From Octopus vulgaris (lineage: Eukaryota), in the NCBI GenBank assembly GCA_951406725.2, contig OX597822.1, positions 94,426,001-94,490,000 of the forward strand: DNA of 64,000 nucleotides, in the 5' to 3' direction. The stretch's first letter is position 1. Each line of letters opens with the position of its first letter. A program made the position numbers and the translations under genes. This document shows positions 51,186 to 64,000 of this stretch, piece by piece. The notes under the pieces were generated by a model. It was not told the DNA's origin. It worked only from the letters and a program-made list of their open reading frames with translations, and did not search any database.

Positions 51186-51841
51186 TGTGTGTGTGCGCGT
51201 GTGTGTGTGTTTGTACATATACAATGAGCTTTTTTTCAGTTTTCTGTCTATCGAATCTCCTCACAGGGTTTTGACCAATCTGGGAATACAGTAGCAAACA
51301 TGTACCCAAGGTGCAGTGTTATGGGACTGAACCTGAAACTACATGATTTGGAAGCAAACATTTTTCACACATCATCATCATCGTTTAATGCCCGTTTTCC
51401 ATGCTAGCATGGGTTGGACGGTTTGACCAGGGTCTGGAAAGCCAGGAGGCTGCACCAGGCTCCAGTCTGATCTGGCAGTGTTTCTACAGCTGGATGCCCT
51501 TCCTAATGCCAACTACTCCGTGAGTGTAGTGAGTGCTTTTTACATGCCACCGGCACAGAAACCAGTTAAAGCGGCTATAGTGCATTTTACGTGCCACCGG
51601 CACAGGTATCACAAGTAAAATTTCCATTTGATTTTTATTTGATGTTGATGAAAAACAAAAAAAAGTGAACTAAAGCGTTAAAAATTTTTTCAAAAGGTGT
51701 CAGTCTTGGAAGATGTGCTTATGGAGAGCAGTCACTCCCTTTCTTCTCCCATTAGCTATGCCACTGTACATACTGCCTAGTTATACTTGCTTGCAAATGA
51801 CAGCCGTGATTTTTTTTCTGGCTTCAGTTTATATATCAATC

Positions 51842-52228
51842 GTGGAGGCACAATGGCCCAGTGGTTAGGGCAGCGGACTCGCGGTCATAGGATCGCGGTT
51901 TCGATTCCCAGACCTGGGCGTTGTGAGTGTTTATTGATCGAAAACACCTAAAGCTCCACAAGGCTCTGGCAGGGGATGGTGGTGATCCCTGCTGTACTCT
52001 TTCATCACAACTTTCTCTCACTCTTACTTCCTGTTTATGTTGTACCTATATTTCAAAGGGCCGGCCTTGTCACTCTCTGTGTCATGCTGAATATCTCCGA
52101 GAACTACGTTAAGGGTACACGTGTCTGTGGAGTGCTCAGCCACTTACACGTTAATTTCACGAGCAGGCTGTTCTGTTGATTCGGATCAACCGGAACCCTC
52201 GTCGTCATAACCGACGGCGTGCTTCCCA
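51842..52228 (+). mobile_element. SINE with a family D head and a 3' body shared with 928-1248
   Basis: GTGGAGGCACAATGGCCCAGTGG...GTTTCGATTCCC...GAGAACTACGTTAAGGGTACACGTG. Confidence 0.8.
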
Positions 52229-53055
52229 TATATCAATCATGTACTACTACTTGTGATGGCATATAGCTCAGTGGTTAGAGTGTCAGGTTCACAAACATGA
52301 ACTAGTGAGTTCGATTCCTGGACTGGGTCTGAGCTGTGTTCTTGTGTAAGACCCTTTCTTTCACATTACTCCAGTTAACTCAGCTGTAGAAATGATTTGC
52401 GACATCACTGCTGCCATGCTGTATCTGCCTTTCTTTTGGATAACACTGGTGGCATGGAGAAGGGAGGCTGGCATGCATGGGCAACTGCTCGTCTTCCATA
52501 AACAACCTGGCCCAGACTTGTGCCTCGAAGGGGTACTTTCTAGGTGCAATCCCATTGTCATTTATGACCAAATGGAGTCTTTACTCTTTTTACTAATACT
52601 CGTTGAAAGCTGCACCACATATTTTTCAGTGTATATACTCTTGCCATTGTCTACTGAATATATTCTCACTACATCTAACATATATTCTGTGACAACACAA
52701 TGACTAATATCATATACTGTGTGTAATTCATATACTGTCTGTTGCTATATATATATGGTGCATATACTGCACTGTATAATGTTGGCCTATTTCTTTGGTG
52801 TAAATACAATCATGTTGTATAGTGTATATACTGCCACTTTGTCTAATGTATGTACTGTCTTTCAGTATTGTCTGTTGTATATAGTCTGCAGCCATGTTAT
52901 GTGTGTATACTTTCACTATGTTTTGTACCAGTAATATATTGGAGTCAAATCATTCCAACATGTACCACTCTTAAAAATATTTAGACTTCATGCTAAAGGT
53001 AAATTCTCTTTCTTTCTCTCATAGTCTCCCTCACACACATACACCCATGCATGCA

Positions 53056-53095
<40 letters not shown>

Positions 53096-53150
53096 TGTAT
53101 TTACTATCCAGAGTCTGCAAACTGAATCGTTCAATCATTTATCTTTTCAG

Positions 53151-53222
53151 CTTTGAAGGAATATGGTTTTGGTGAACATCGATATTTTTATTTCATTGTA
53201 GTTGAAGACACATCTGATAAAG
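53151..53222 (+). CDS. SAT: Internal exon (phase 1/1, 72 bp) of a SAT1/SAT2-like diamine N-acetyltransferase (GNAT)
   Basis: Acceptor TTTATCTTTTCAG| and donor AAG|GTTTGT. Encodes (T)LKEYGFGEHRYFYFIVVEDTSDK(G), versus human SAT1 DLLEDGFGEHPFYHCLVAE. Confidence 0.75.
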
Positions 53223-53550
53223 GTTTGTCAACATCTGTTATTCATTTTGTTTTGCTTCTTTTCTCTCTATTTTACAGTTTCTCTTTTTCCTCTTCTTTTC
53301 CAAATGCTGTAACAAGCATTGCCAACCAAAACCAAAATGTTTATTTTTCAAATTTTCAACATATTGAGGAATTAATTCACCCAGCTTACACAGTTCTCAT
53401 ATCCTCTTGTTGACAATACGGTCACAGCATTTCGCTTCGTGTGTGTACAATGAGGAAGAGTCTTCAAATATTTATTCACTTTTTTCAATTTATGAATGAT
53501 ATGTTGTGTTTGTGCTTGTCTCCTCTCCCCACCATCACTTTGACAACCAA

Positions 53551-54420
53551 TGGCGCAGGAGTGGCTGTGTGGTAAGTAGCTTGCTAACCAGCCACATGGT
53601 TCTGGGTTCAGTCCCACTGCATAGCATCTTGGGCAAGTGTCTTCTGCTATAACTCCGGGCCGACCAATGCCTTGTGAGTGGATTTGGTAGACGGAAACTG
53701 AAAGAAGCCCGTCGTATATATGTATATATATATGTGTGTGTGTGTTTGTGTGTCTGTGTTTGTCCCCCTAGCATTGCTTGACAACCGATGCTGGTGTGTT
53801 TATGTCCCCGTCACTTAGCGGTTCGGCAAAAAGAGACCGATAGAATAAGTACTGGGCTTACGAAAGAATAAGTCCTGGGGTAGATTTGCTCGACTAAAGG
53901 TGGTGCTCCAGCATGGCCGCAGTCAAATGACTGAAACAAGTAAAAGAGTGAAAGAGAAAAGAGAGAGATATCAAAAATAATTGTGCATATTGTACATCCT
54001 GGACAAGCGAAAGCATCATTTTTATAGGTGCAGGTATGACTGGGTGGTAAGAATCTTGCTTCCCAACCATGTGGTACCAGCTCCAGTCCCACTGTGCAGT
54101 ACCTTAAGCAAATGTCTTCTACTATAACCTTGGGCTGACCGAAGCCTTATGACTGGATTTGGTAGATGGAAACTGAAAGAAGTCCATTGCATACGTATAT
54201 ACGTATATATCTATGTAGGTGTGTCGTTGTGTTTGTGCTTGTCTCCCCACCATCACTTTGACAACCGATGTTGGTGTGTTTACATCCCCATAACTTAGTG
54301 GTTCAGCAAGAAAGAAACCATTAGAATAAGTACTAGGCTTAAACCCTTTAAGGTGGTGCTCCAGCATGACCACAGTGAAAATGACTGAACTAAGTAGATA
54401 TTCTAGAAAGAGAATAAAAT
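53551..54420 (+). mobile_element. Two family A SINEs (~53551-53965 young, ~54027-54420 older)
   Basis: Family A sequence occurs twice. Confidence 0.8.
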
Positions 54421-54544
54421 AGACTTTAAATATATATTCACTGTATCGTTGTTTTGACCTGATCAGTGTTTCTCAACTATTTTTTTACCTTTGGATCCCT
54501 TTTGATTTCTATTTTACTCAAATGAACCTACACAGCCATTTAAT

Positions 54545-55490
54545 GTATCATCATCATCGTCATCATCATCATTTAACATCCACTTTCCATGCTGGCAAGA
54601 GTTGGATGGTTTGACTGAGAACTGGTGAGCCAGATGTCTGCACCTGGCTCCAATCTGATCTGGCAGAATTTCTACAGCTGGATGCCATTCCTAATGCCAA
54701 CCACTCTGAGAGTGTAGTGGGTGCTTTTGCATGCCACCAGCACGAGGGCCAGTCAGGCAGTATTGGCGATGGCCACGCTCAAATGGTGTTTCTTATGTGC
54801 CACCTGCACAGGAGCCAGTCCAGCGGCACTGGCAACAACCTCATTTGAATGTTGTTTTCCACGTGCCACTAGCACGAAGGCCAGTCAGGCAGTATTGGCG
54901 ATGGCCATGCTCAAATGGTGTTTCTTATGTGCCACCTGCACAGGAGCCAGTCCAGCGGCACTGGCAACAACCTCATTTGAATGTTGTTTTCCACGTGCCA
55001 CTAGCACGAAGGCCAGTCAGGCAGTATTGGCGATGGCCACGCTCAAATGGTGTTTCTTATGTGCCACCTGCACAGGAGCCAGTCCAGCGGCACTGGCAAC
55101 AACCTCGTTTGAATGTTGCTTTCCACGTGCCACCGGCACAAGTGCCAGTAAGGCAATGCTGGTAACGATCACGCTCGAATGTTGCTTTTTATATGCCACC
55201 AGCACAGGAGCCAGTCAGCAGCCCTGGCAACTATCACGCTTGGATGGTGCTTTGATGTTCTACTGGCATGGGTGCCAGTCAGGTGGTGCTGTCATCGGCC
55301 ATGTCAGCGAATTTAATTTTGATTGTGATTTCACTTCTCAACAGGTCTTCGCAAGCAAAGTTTAGTGTGCAATGAAAGAAAGGTATGCATAAGTAGGCTG
55401 GTTACACCACTGACATAGGCCACGGGTTATGGTCCCTCTTGGCTTGCTGGGTCTTCTCAAGCACAGCATATTTCCAAAGGTCTCGGTCAC
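54545..55490 (-). mobile_element. RTE LINE 3' end with a 120 bp higher-order tandem repeat, nested in a hAT-like MITE (~54464-56092)
   Basis: (CAT)n tail, family E 3' end, exact 120 bp periodicity over ~54732-55135. ORF end at CAGCATATTTCCAAAGGTCTCGGTCAC. Confidence 0.8.
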
Positions 55491-56419
55491 TATATATGAA
55501 AAGAATCATCCTAAAGTATTTCTCTAACTGAATATTATTAGGAATTGTATACAAAAATTATTAAAATATTTTGTGTATTTTATTCTTTTATTCTTTAACT
55601 TGTTTCAGTCATTTGGCTGTGGCCATGCTGGAACACTGCCTTTAGGTGAACAAATCGACCCCAAGACTTATTTTTTGTAAGCCTGGTACTTATTCTATCA
55701 GTCTTTATTGCCAAACTGTTAAGCTACGGGGCGTGATTACACCAACATTGGTTGACAAGTGATGGTAGAGGAACAAACACACACACACACACGCACGCAC
55801 ACACACACACACATATACATATATATATATTTATACGATGGGCTACATTCAGTTTCCATCTACCAAATCCACTCATAAGGTTGGCCCAAAACTACAATAG
55901 AAGGCACTTGCCCAAGGTGCCACACTGTAGGATTGAACCCGGAACCATGTAGTTGGGAAGCAAGCTTCTTACCACACAGCCACATCTGTGCCTATTGTAG
56001 AAGTATAACAAATTTATTGCACATAAACTTTAACAACAAAATCATATATGGACCCCACCAAGTGTTATATGGACCCTGTTTCAGAACCACAGGATTAGAC
56101 TATCAGATGTTGTAATACATTGCTGATCACAATGCACTTTTCCTGCAATGTTGTAGCATTCAAATAATGCCACCTTGTTGGCCTAGGCAGGTAGGCCAAA
56201 ATATTCTCTGAAAGGAATGCTAGTCTGTTGTAAGTTTACCAATTTGTAGCTGAGTGGACTGGAGCAATGTGAAATGAAGTGTTTTGCTCAAGAACACAAT
56301 GCACTACTAGTGTGGGAATCAAAACCACGATGTTGCGATCATGAGTGCAACACTCTAACCACCAGGCCACCACGTGCCTTCTCTTTCTCTCTCTCTCTCT
56401 CTCTGTCACACACTCTTTC

Positions 56420-56560
56420 ATTCTGTGTTCCTTTCTGTGTAAGAGCGTAGACTCGAAATGTTAAAGACTTTTTCACTTCCTGAGCATTATACTAATACAT
56501 CTGTTAGTTGTCTACATCACCTGTCTTCGTCTTTTGGTTTTTTTGTGTGAATTCCCCCCA
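56420..56560 (+). mobile_element. U6-variant hammerhead-like element, copy 3 (motif 56431-56466)
   Basis: CTTT-CTGTGTA-A-GAGC-GTAG-ACTC-GAAA-TG-TT^AAAG. 3' end abuts (TA)n. Confidence 0.65.
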
Positions 56561-56771
56561 TATATATATACATACATACATTCATACATACATTCATACA
56601 TACATTCATATATGCATACATATATACATACATACATACATATACACACACATACATACATACATTCATACATTCATGTATGCATACATACATGCATACA
56701 TACATACATACATTCACACATACATACATACATACACATATTCAGACATACATACATGCACACATACATAC

Positions 56772-56802
<31 letters not shown>

Positions 56803-57164
56803 TTCATACACACATACATACATACATACATACATACACACACATACACACATACATACACACATACATACATACATACACACACACATTCATACACACA
56901 TACATACATACATACACACATACATACACACACATACACACATACATACATACACACACATACACATACATACATACATACGTACATACATACATACATA
57001 CATACATACACACACATACATACACACATACATACATACACACATACATACACACACACATACATACATACACACATACATACATACATACATACACACA
57101 TACATACATACACACATACATACATACACACACACATACATACATACATACATACATACATACA

Positions 57165-57196
<32 letters not shown>

Positions 57197-58053
57197 CTTA
57201 CCACAATAAGTGGTATGTGTGTGTGTGTGTATGTGTGTGTGTGTGTGTGTGTATATTTTAAGATATATTAATATCACAATGTTTTTGAGCTGGAATATAA
57301 AAGTCTCTCTTCTTTTCTTTTGCTGTTTACTGCAACTTCTGCCTCATTCTTTCATGCTACCCCCTCTCTCTCCCCTCTCTCTCCCCCTCTCTCCTCCCTC
57401 CCCCTCTCTCTCCCCCTCTCTCCCCCTCTCTCCCCCTCTCCCTCACTCTCCCACTCTCCGTCTTCCTCTCCCTCCCCTCTCTCTCCCTCTCTCTCCCCCC
57501 TCTCTCTCCTTCTCTCTCTCCCTCTCTCTCCCATTCTCCGTCTCCCTCTCCATCCCATCTCTCTCCATCTCTCTCTCTCCTTCTCTCCTTCTCTCTCTCT
57601 CTCTCTCTCTCTTTCCCTCTCTCCCCCTCCTATGATTTGCATCTCTTAATGTGTCTCATCTCCTCTTTCTTTCTCTCTTTCTCTTTCTCACTCTGTCTCA
57701 CATACACACACACATACTCACTCACTCACTCACTCACTCACTCCCTCTCCCTTATTCCTTCACTCTCACTCTCTCTCTCATTCTATACTAGCAGCATATA
57801 ACAGTTTGTCTTTCTTTCTCTCCCTTCTCTCTCCCCTCTTTCTCTTTCTCCTCTCTTTTTCCTTTCTCATCCTTCTTTCCCTCCTCCCTCTCTTCTCTCT
57901 TTCTCCCCTTGTTTACTCTCCCCTCTTTCTCTCCCCTTTTCTTTCTTTCTCTCCTATCTTTTATCACCCCTATTTTCCCCTTACTCCTGACTTCTTTCTT
58001 GTACCCTCCCCACTTCTCTCCTTCCCCTTTCCCTCCTCGTTTCTCTCATCACT

Positions 58054-58097
<44 letters not shown>

Positions 58098-58326
58098 ATA
58101 CTAGCTGCTTCTCTCACAGTCTTTTCCTTTCTCTCTCTCCCTCCCTCTTTCTCTCATGCTCGCTGCCCCTCACTTCCTTTCACCTCTTTCTCTCTCTCTC
58201 TCCCTCCCTCCATCTATCTCTCTCATGCTAGCTGCCCCTCACTTTCTTTCACCATCTCTCTTTCTCACCTTCTCTCTCCCCTCCTCCCCATCTCTCTCAT
58301 GCTAGTTTCCTCTCACTTTCTATCAC

Positions 58327-58376
<50 letters not shown>
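56560..58376. repeat. (TACA/CA)n followed by a CT-rich low-complexity tract
   Basis: Direct reading of the sequence. Confidence 0.9.
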
Positions 58377-58378
<2 letters not shown>

Positions 58379-58454
58379 CTCATCAGCTTCTTTCTGGTGA
58401 TGTCAACTTGACACAGACATAGAAACATACAAACACACATGATTGATTTTATAT

Positions 58455-58798
58455 TACATCACAGCATTTGTCTGGGTAGAATACCTGGATATAGCAGTAC
58501 ATTAAAGCACTGTACTGGGGGAGAATACCATCAAACAGCAGTACAGTTCATTGTAACATTTGTCTGGTCAGGATATTGGGAGATAGCAGCACATGATAGT
58601 ATCCATCTGGGTAAGGTACCAGAAGATAGCAGTACACGATATCATTTGTCTGGGTGGAATACGAAAGACTGGGAGATAGTAATACATGACAGCATCTAAC
58701 GGAGTAGGTCTCTAGATTTATTGTTACATGAAACCATCAGATTAGGTTAGTACTTTAGGATACTAGTGCACAACACTATTTGACTTGGTAGAATACCT
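58455..58798. repeat. Degenerate ~41-45 bp minisatellite
   Basis: Recurring CATTTGTCTGGGT...ATAC...GATAGCAGTACA. Confidence 0.6.
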
Positions 58799-59201
58799 AT
58801 TTCTTTACTGCCCATAAGGGGCTACACACAGAGAGGACAAACAAGGACAGACAAATGGATTAAGTCGATTACGTCGATCCCAGTGCATAACTGGTACTTA
58901 ATTTATCGACTGCGAAAGGATGAAAGGCAAAGTTGACCTCGGCGGAATTTGAACTCGGACGAAATACCTATTTCTTTACTGCCAACAAGAGGCTAAGCAC
59001 AGAGAGGACAAACAAGGACAGACAAATGGATTAAGTCGATTACGTCGACCCCGGTGTGTAACTGGTACTTAATTTATCGACCCCGAAAGGATGAAAGGCA
59101 AAGTCGACCTCAGCGGAATTTGAACTCAGAATGTAATGGCAGACGAAATACCGCTAAGCACTTCGCCCAGTGTGCTAGCGTTTCTGCTAGCTTGCCGCCT
59201 T
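58795..59201 (-). mobile_element. SINE family B dimer
   Basis: Junction GACGAAATACCTATTTC. TSD CTTGGTAGAATACCT at 58784-58798 and 59202-59216. Confidence 0.85.
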
Positions 59202-59289
59202 CTTGGTAGAATACCTGCAGAGCAATAAGTGGTACCAATTGGTAGGGTAAAATACCTGGGGATAGCTGTATATTTTTCTTGGTACAAGT

Positions 59290-59591
59290 TAGGGGTTCTC
59301 AACCATTTTTTGCTTATGGACTCTTTTGATTCCTATTTTACCTGTGTGGACCCCCGCCCCTATCCCATAGCCATTTGATGTTTAAAAAAATCTCTTTTGT
59401 ATTTTTATAATTAAATATTATTAGGACTTGAATAAAATTGTTAAAATGTTTTGTGTATTGTAGGAGTATAACCAGTTTATTGCACATAAATTTTACTGGT
59501 CTGAAGGTCAATTTTTCCATGGCCCCCAATTTACAATGTTGCATCCGTGAACTCCACAAAACCTTGTATGGATCCTGGTTGAGAACCTCTG
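59290..59591. mobile_element. hAT-like MITE
   Basis: TIRs TAGGGGTTCTCAACC / GGTTGAGAACCTCTG. Imperfect 8-bp TSD GTACAAGT / GTCTAAGT. Confidence 0.65.
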
Positions 59592-60577
59592 GTCTAAGTG
59601 AAGACTTGTGAATAATTACAGAAATATTAACTTCATTTAAGCAACCCCAAGATCAATACTTATAGAAGGAGGATATAATTGAGTGCCTTAACCCTAGGAT
59701 ATTGCTGGTGCTTAATATTATTCATTTTAAAGAGGAGATATGAAAAGCCTGCCTTAGAAAAATCAGAAGCCAGATCAGTAAGTTATGTATTAAACTCATA
59801 AAAATGCAAGTGGGTTTTTTCTTTCTTTTTTGTATCTTTTAGTCAAGAAGGAAGGTAGCATCAATGATCCTTTAATGGCTTGTTCTGATTGGTAGGAAGA
59901 GAGGAAGGTTCCTCAAACTGAAGCCAACTTTGCCTTTCATTCCTTTGGGGTCGATAAAATAAGTAGCAATTCAACACTGGGGTTGATGAAGTCAACTTAC
60001 CTCCTGCCCTAAAATTGATGGCCTTGTGCCAAAATTGAAACCAATATTAGTGAAAGTACAGGACACAACTTGAGACATATTTCGATATTATACTAACCTC
60101 ATCAGCAAAGCAGAGTCTTCACTGGACTAGCCAATTTAATGAAGAGAGAATCACTAAATCAGATATAAATGATGATGATGATGATGATGATGACAATCAC
60201 AATCATGATGATAATGAAGAGGATGATTAAATCTACAAGAGTGTATATTCAGTGATATAAGTACATATAATTGCTAAGAGAAGTAAATCAGGTAAATCAG
60301 CTTTTGGTTCTGTTATGACACCTCAAACATGGACTTTAATAATAGTAGTAGTAGTAATAATTAACTATAAGTTCTTCTACAAGAGCTCAATGAGATACAA
60401 AAAATATGAATTTGGAGTGCAAAAAATGGTTTATACAAATTTCAAAGAGAAAGGTGAGAGATATTATACAATGTATGGAAGGATGTATTAAGGATTTTAA
60501 AAATACACACACTCACATGCACACACATACATGCACATATATGCCTACATATACAAACATACATACATGTATACATA

Positions 60578-60757
60578 TATGAGGGGATGGTGAAAAGTTC
60601 CTGGCTTTAAGGGTGCTGCAACCTTCTGAGTTCTTTTACAGGACTTAGAAAAACTGAAGGACTGCTGCAATAAGTGTGTAAATCTGAGAAGGGAATATGT
60701 TGAATAAAATCATAAGTAAATGATCCTCCTATATTTTCTTTTAGCCAAATCTAGAAT
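60578..60757 (+). mobile_element. mariner-derived non-autonomous fragment
   Basis: TIR-like TATGAGGGGATGGTGAAAAGTTCCTGGC. Encodes GLRKTE/DCCNKCVNLRREYVE*, like a mariner C-terminus. Confidence 0.6.
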
Positions 60758-61139
60758 ACATGCACACACAAATGTGTTCAAACATGCATGCATATTTGCA
60801 TGGAAATGCATAAAAAATTCAATAAACACAATAATTAAAACTAGATATGACTTAAAGAAAGAAGGTTGAGTCAGGGGCCACCCCACAATATGTTTTGATT
60901 CAATCTAGCAAAAACTTTCATGTTTTATTTCTTAAACACTTTCTTAAATTTTATGCAAGTGCAGCTAAATGTACCAGTAAGCATTTTTTTAGGTATTTGG
61001 TGTTGAAAAACACCAATATCTTGGTGGTATTCTCTTTTAAAGTTTGGTATAATGTCTTAATTTTAGGCTTACTAGAAACTTATTCTTTGCATATTACTTA
61101 TATTCTAAACTTAATTCTTTGTGTATAATTCTAACTTCT

Positions 61140-61600
61140 TCAGAGAGTCCATGACACCAGAGTTGTGGAGTTGCTTCCATAAATTTTTTCCTCTTCATTT
61201 TCTTTGTTATTTTCCTGAAAATGGTTCAATGTTGTTTCAAAGAAATTGTTCCTTACCTGTTTTCTTTGTTTTATGTTGAACCTTCTATTTGGATAACTGT
61301 TTTTTCCTTCATTTGCCTTTTGTATTTTCATCAACTGCTTGTGAATATTTATCTGTAATTATTATTTCTTCCTCATCACATGATGATGTGATACTACAAG
61401 AGTGTACTTACTTACTTGTACTTGTGGCGACATTCACTCTGGGCGGGTTGAGTCAGCTTTTTCCACCACCCTCGAGGCTGGGATCTGTAATTTCTTTTAC
61501 TGTAACACTTTATTATTTTCCTTGATTTTACTTAACCTTAGTAATTCTTCCAGGCATTCAGTTCAAACGTTTGCTTTACTCTGACAACTGTAACAACAAA
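61140..61600 (-). mobile_element. Possible decayed LINE coding fragment
   Basis: A-rich coding-like minus strand (RRFNIKQRKQVRNNFFET) with broken frames and no clean splice sites. Confidence 0.35.
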
Positions 61601-63401
61601 GCTTTCTACTCTCTATCATCAATCTCATGACCTTTGTCTTGGTACCTTCTACTAGGTCCAGTTCCAGTATCACTCTGTGACTTTCAGTGATGATTAGGAC
61701 TTACAAGTCCATTTCATTGTTAACTGATCACAAATCACTTTTAATTAGTTACTACAATAAAGGTGACAAGCTGGTAGAATCATTAGCAAGTCAGGCAAAA
61801 TGTTTTACAATATTTTGTCTGCATTTATGTTCTGAGTTCAAATTCTGCCAAGGTTGACTTCACTTTTCACCCTCCCTGGGTTGATAAAATAAGTACCAGT
61901 TGAGCACTGGAGTCAATGAAACCAACTTACCCCATCCCTGAAATTGCTGCCTTACGTCAAAATTTGAAACCAATTAGTTTCTACAAGCCATGGGTTTACA
62001 TCATGTCCAGTGTCTCTTATTAGGATTCCTGTGCTTCTTTAATCCATACACTGAGACACAAATGTATCATTAGAAGTAGGTCTGACAATTGCAGCCTGTG
62101 TTTTGGCTAAATTTTCAACATTAAAGTCACAAAATTACAGCAAATAGTGTCACAACTTTTACCTTTTTCAATTAAGATAATTTCTCATGATAAGTCCTGG
62201 ATCCTGGTGTGTTTATTGTACTTCTTGACATGAAGGAGAAACTTAATCTGCCTTCATCTCTTCATTAGCAAAAATATCTGATTTTTCTCTTCACCTTCTC
62301 CTGGGTTATCTCTAGTAGCAAAGAAATTCTGTTGGATTTTACAAAATTCTTCCATCTACCATTCCTTGTTGTGATACATGGGCAAATTGTTAGAGTGTTG
62401 GAGAGATTGTCTCACTGTATTTATTCTGACACTTGGGGCTATGAGTTCAAATCCTATAGAGGTCAACTTTGCAGTTCATACTTTTGGGGTCATAAAAAAA
62501 GTACCAATCTAGGATAGTGGACTGGCAGAACTGTAAGAACATTGGACAGGATACCATACATTCAGTTTCTGCATCTTGGGTTCAAATCTAACCATGGCTT
62601 ATTTGAGTGGTGAACTTAATTCATTACTTGGTTGAACATCACTGGCTGATACCTTGCACCCTTTCAGCAAAGTCTACTTTGTTGTGAGCATTTAGGCAGG
62701 TCAACACCTTCCTTTTTACTAGTCTTGGAGGTATTGTAACAGGTCATGGGAACTGCCTTTTCTCCTGACTAAAAAGATAAAAAATTTGCTATCACTTCCA
62801 TTACTGCATTGCTTCCCCTTTAATCACCCTCTCTACCATCAGTCATTCTCTTTTCTCTCCTACCTCTCATATCACTTGATATTTTTCTATTCAATTTCCT
62901 TACCAACAACCGTCATGTAGCTGTTACTGTCTCTCTTTCATTACTCCCTCCTCTATCACACTCTCAGTTTTATCACTTTGTTTCTCCCATCATACTCTCT
63001 CTTCTATAACACTCTCAGCCTGGTTCTTTATCTTTCATTTCTCTTTCTTCTATACAGACTGTTAACCATGTTGCACATTTACTATATGGTCAATGCCCTA
63101 AGCAATCAATGCCATAAGTAATGTCACCATACTCTAATATGTCTGTCTGTCTGTATGTATGTATGTATGTATGTATGTGTGTATGTATGTATCTATCTAT
63201 CAATTTATCTGTCTATCACACCCACACACATGCGCACTAGCACATACACACACACACACAACTACATATATGTTTTGTATTCTCTGAGTGTATGAAGATT
63301 TGAAGCATATAATTTGATAGAATATCAATGCCAATCCTTAAGCAGATCAAGCTACATATGCTGATGTATGTATTAATATGTATATTGTACATACGTATAT
63401 T

Positions 63402-63452
<51 letters not shown>

Positions 63453-63579
63453 TATAGACATGCATGTAATATCCAACTGTTAAAGAGATTGTCAATATAT
63501 CTTCGGTATTAGTCTCAACTTATGTTTTTTTAAACAAGATAAGAAATATCACATGCTGACGAAACAAATCATAACCAAT

Positions 63580-63666
63580 ACCATCCCCTCATCACCACCA
63601 CCACCACCATCACCCTCACTACCACCACCACCACCACCACCACCACCACCAACATTGTCGTCATTG

Positions 63667-63705
<39 letters not shown>

Positions 63706-63748
63706 CCATCACCATCATCATCATCATCATCATCATCACCATCACCAC

Positions 63749-63788
<40 letters not shown>

Positions 63789-63839
63789 TTCATCATCATC
63801 ATCATCATCACCACCACCAACACCACCAACACCACCACC

Positions 63840-63873
<34 letters not shown>

Positions 63874-64000
63874 TCGCCATCATCACCACTACTGCCATTA
63901 TTGCCTTTGACATTATCAGCATTATTACAATCTTCCTTTTCTACTCCTCATCATCATCCATATCGCATCACCCTCATCATCATCATCATCATCATCATCA
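63580..64000. repeat. (CAT)n / (CAC)n microsatellite
   Basis: Direct reading of the sequence. Confidence 0.95.

Noticed and set aside
56508-58400. HTYI/MYVC and Leu-Ser-rich ORFs
   Set aside because: They come from (TACA)n and CT-rich low-complexity sequence. The same applies to 2467-3071, 24381-24723 and 40650-41117.

Overview
AT-rich, repeat-saturated metazoan genomic DNA. The SINE/LINE complement and microsatellite load point to an octopus genome (inference). Most of the supplied ORF track is microsatellite or SINE noise. The only host coding sequence I can support is two small + strand exons (41260-41311, 53151-53222). Joined, they align without gaps to the N-terminal part of SAT1/SAT2-type diamine N-acetyltransferases, so much of the window is probably intronic. 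The rest is tRNA-derived SINEs (at least 4 families), RTE and R4/Dong-like LINE fragments, Penelope-like (PLE) RT and GIY-YIG fragments, mariner and maT-like transposase relics, piggyBac-like and hAT-like MITEs, and a non-autonomous Helitron. The main result is a set of type-I hammerhead ribozyme (HHR) motifs in at least six unrelated repeat families. (1) A ~340-350 bp tandem array with one HHR per monomer and a terminal inverted monomer, resembling a retrozyme (38125-39308). (2) An intact HHR in a ~400 bp element inserted in (TA)n (8051-8449). (3) A three-copy family with a non-canonical CUG-U-N-GA core. (4) A SINE-like element with a tRNA B-box that carries an HHR. (5) An inverted pair with U3-type HHR cores. 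(6) A decayed HHR 3' of a PLE endonuclease. All folds were read by eye and none has been tested. Repeat boundaries are approximate.
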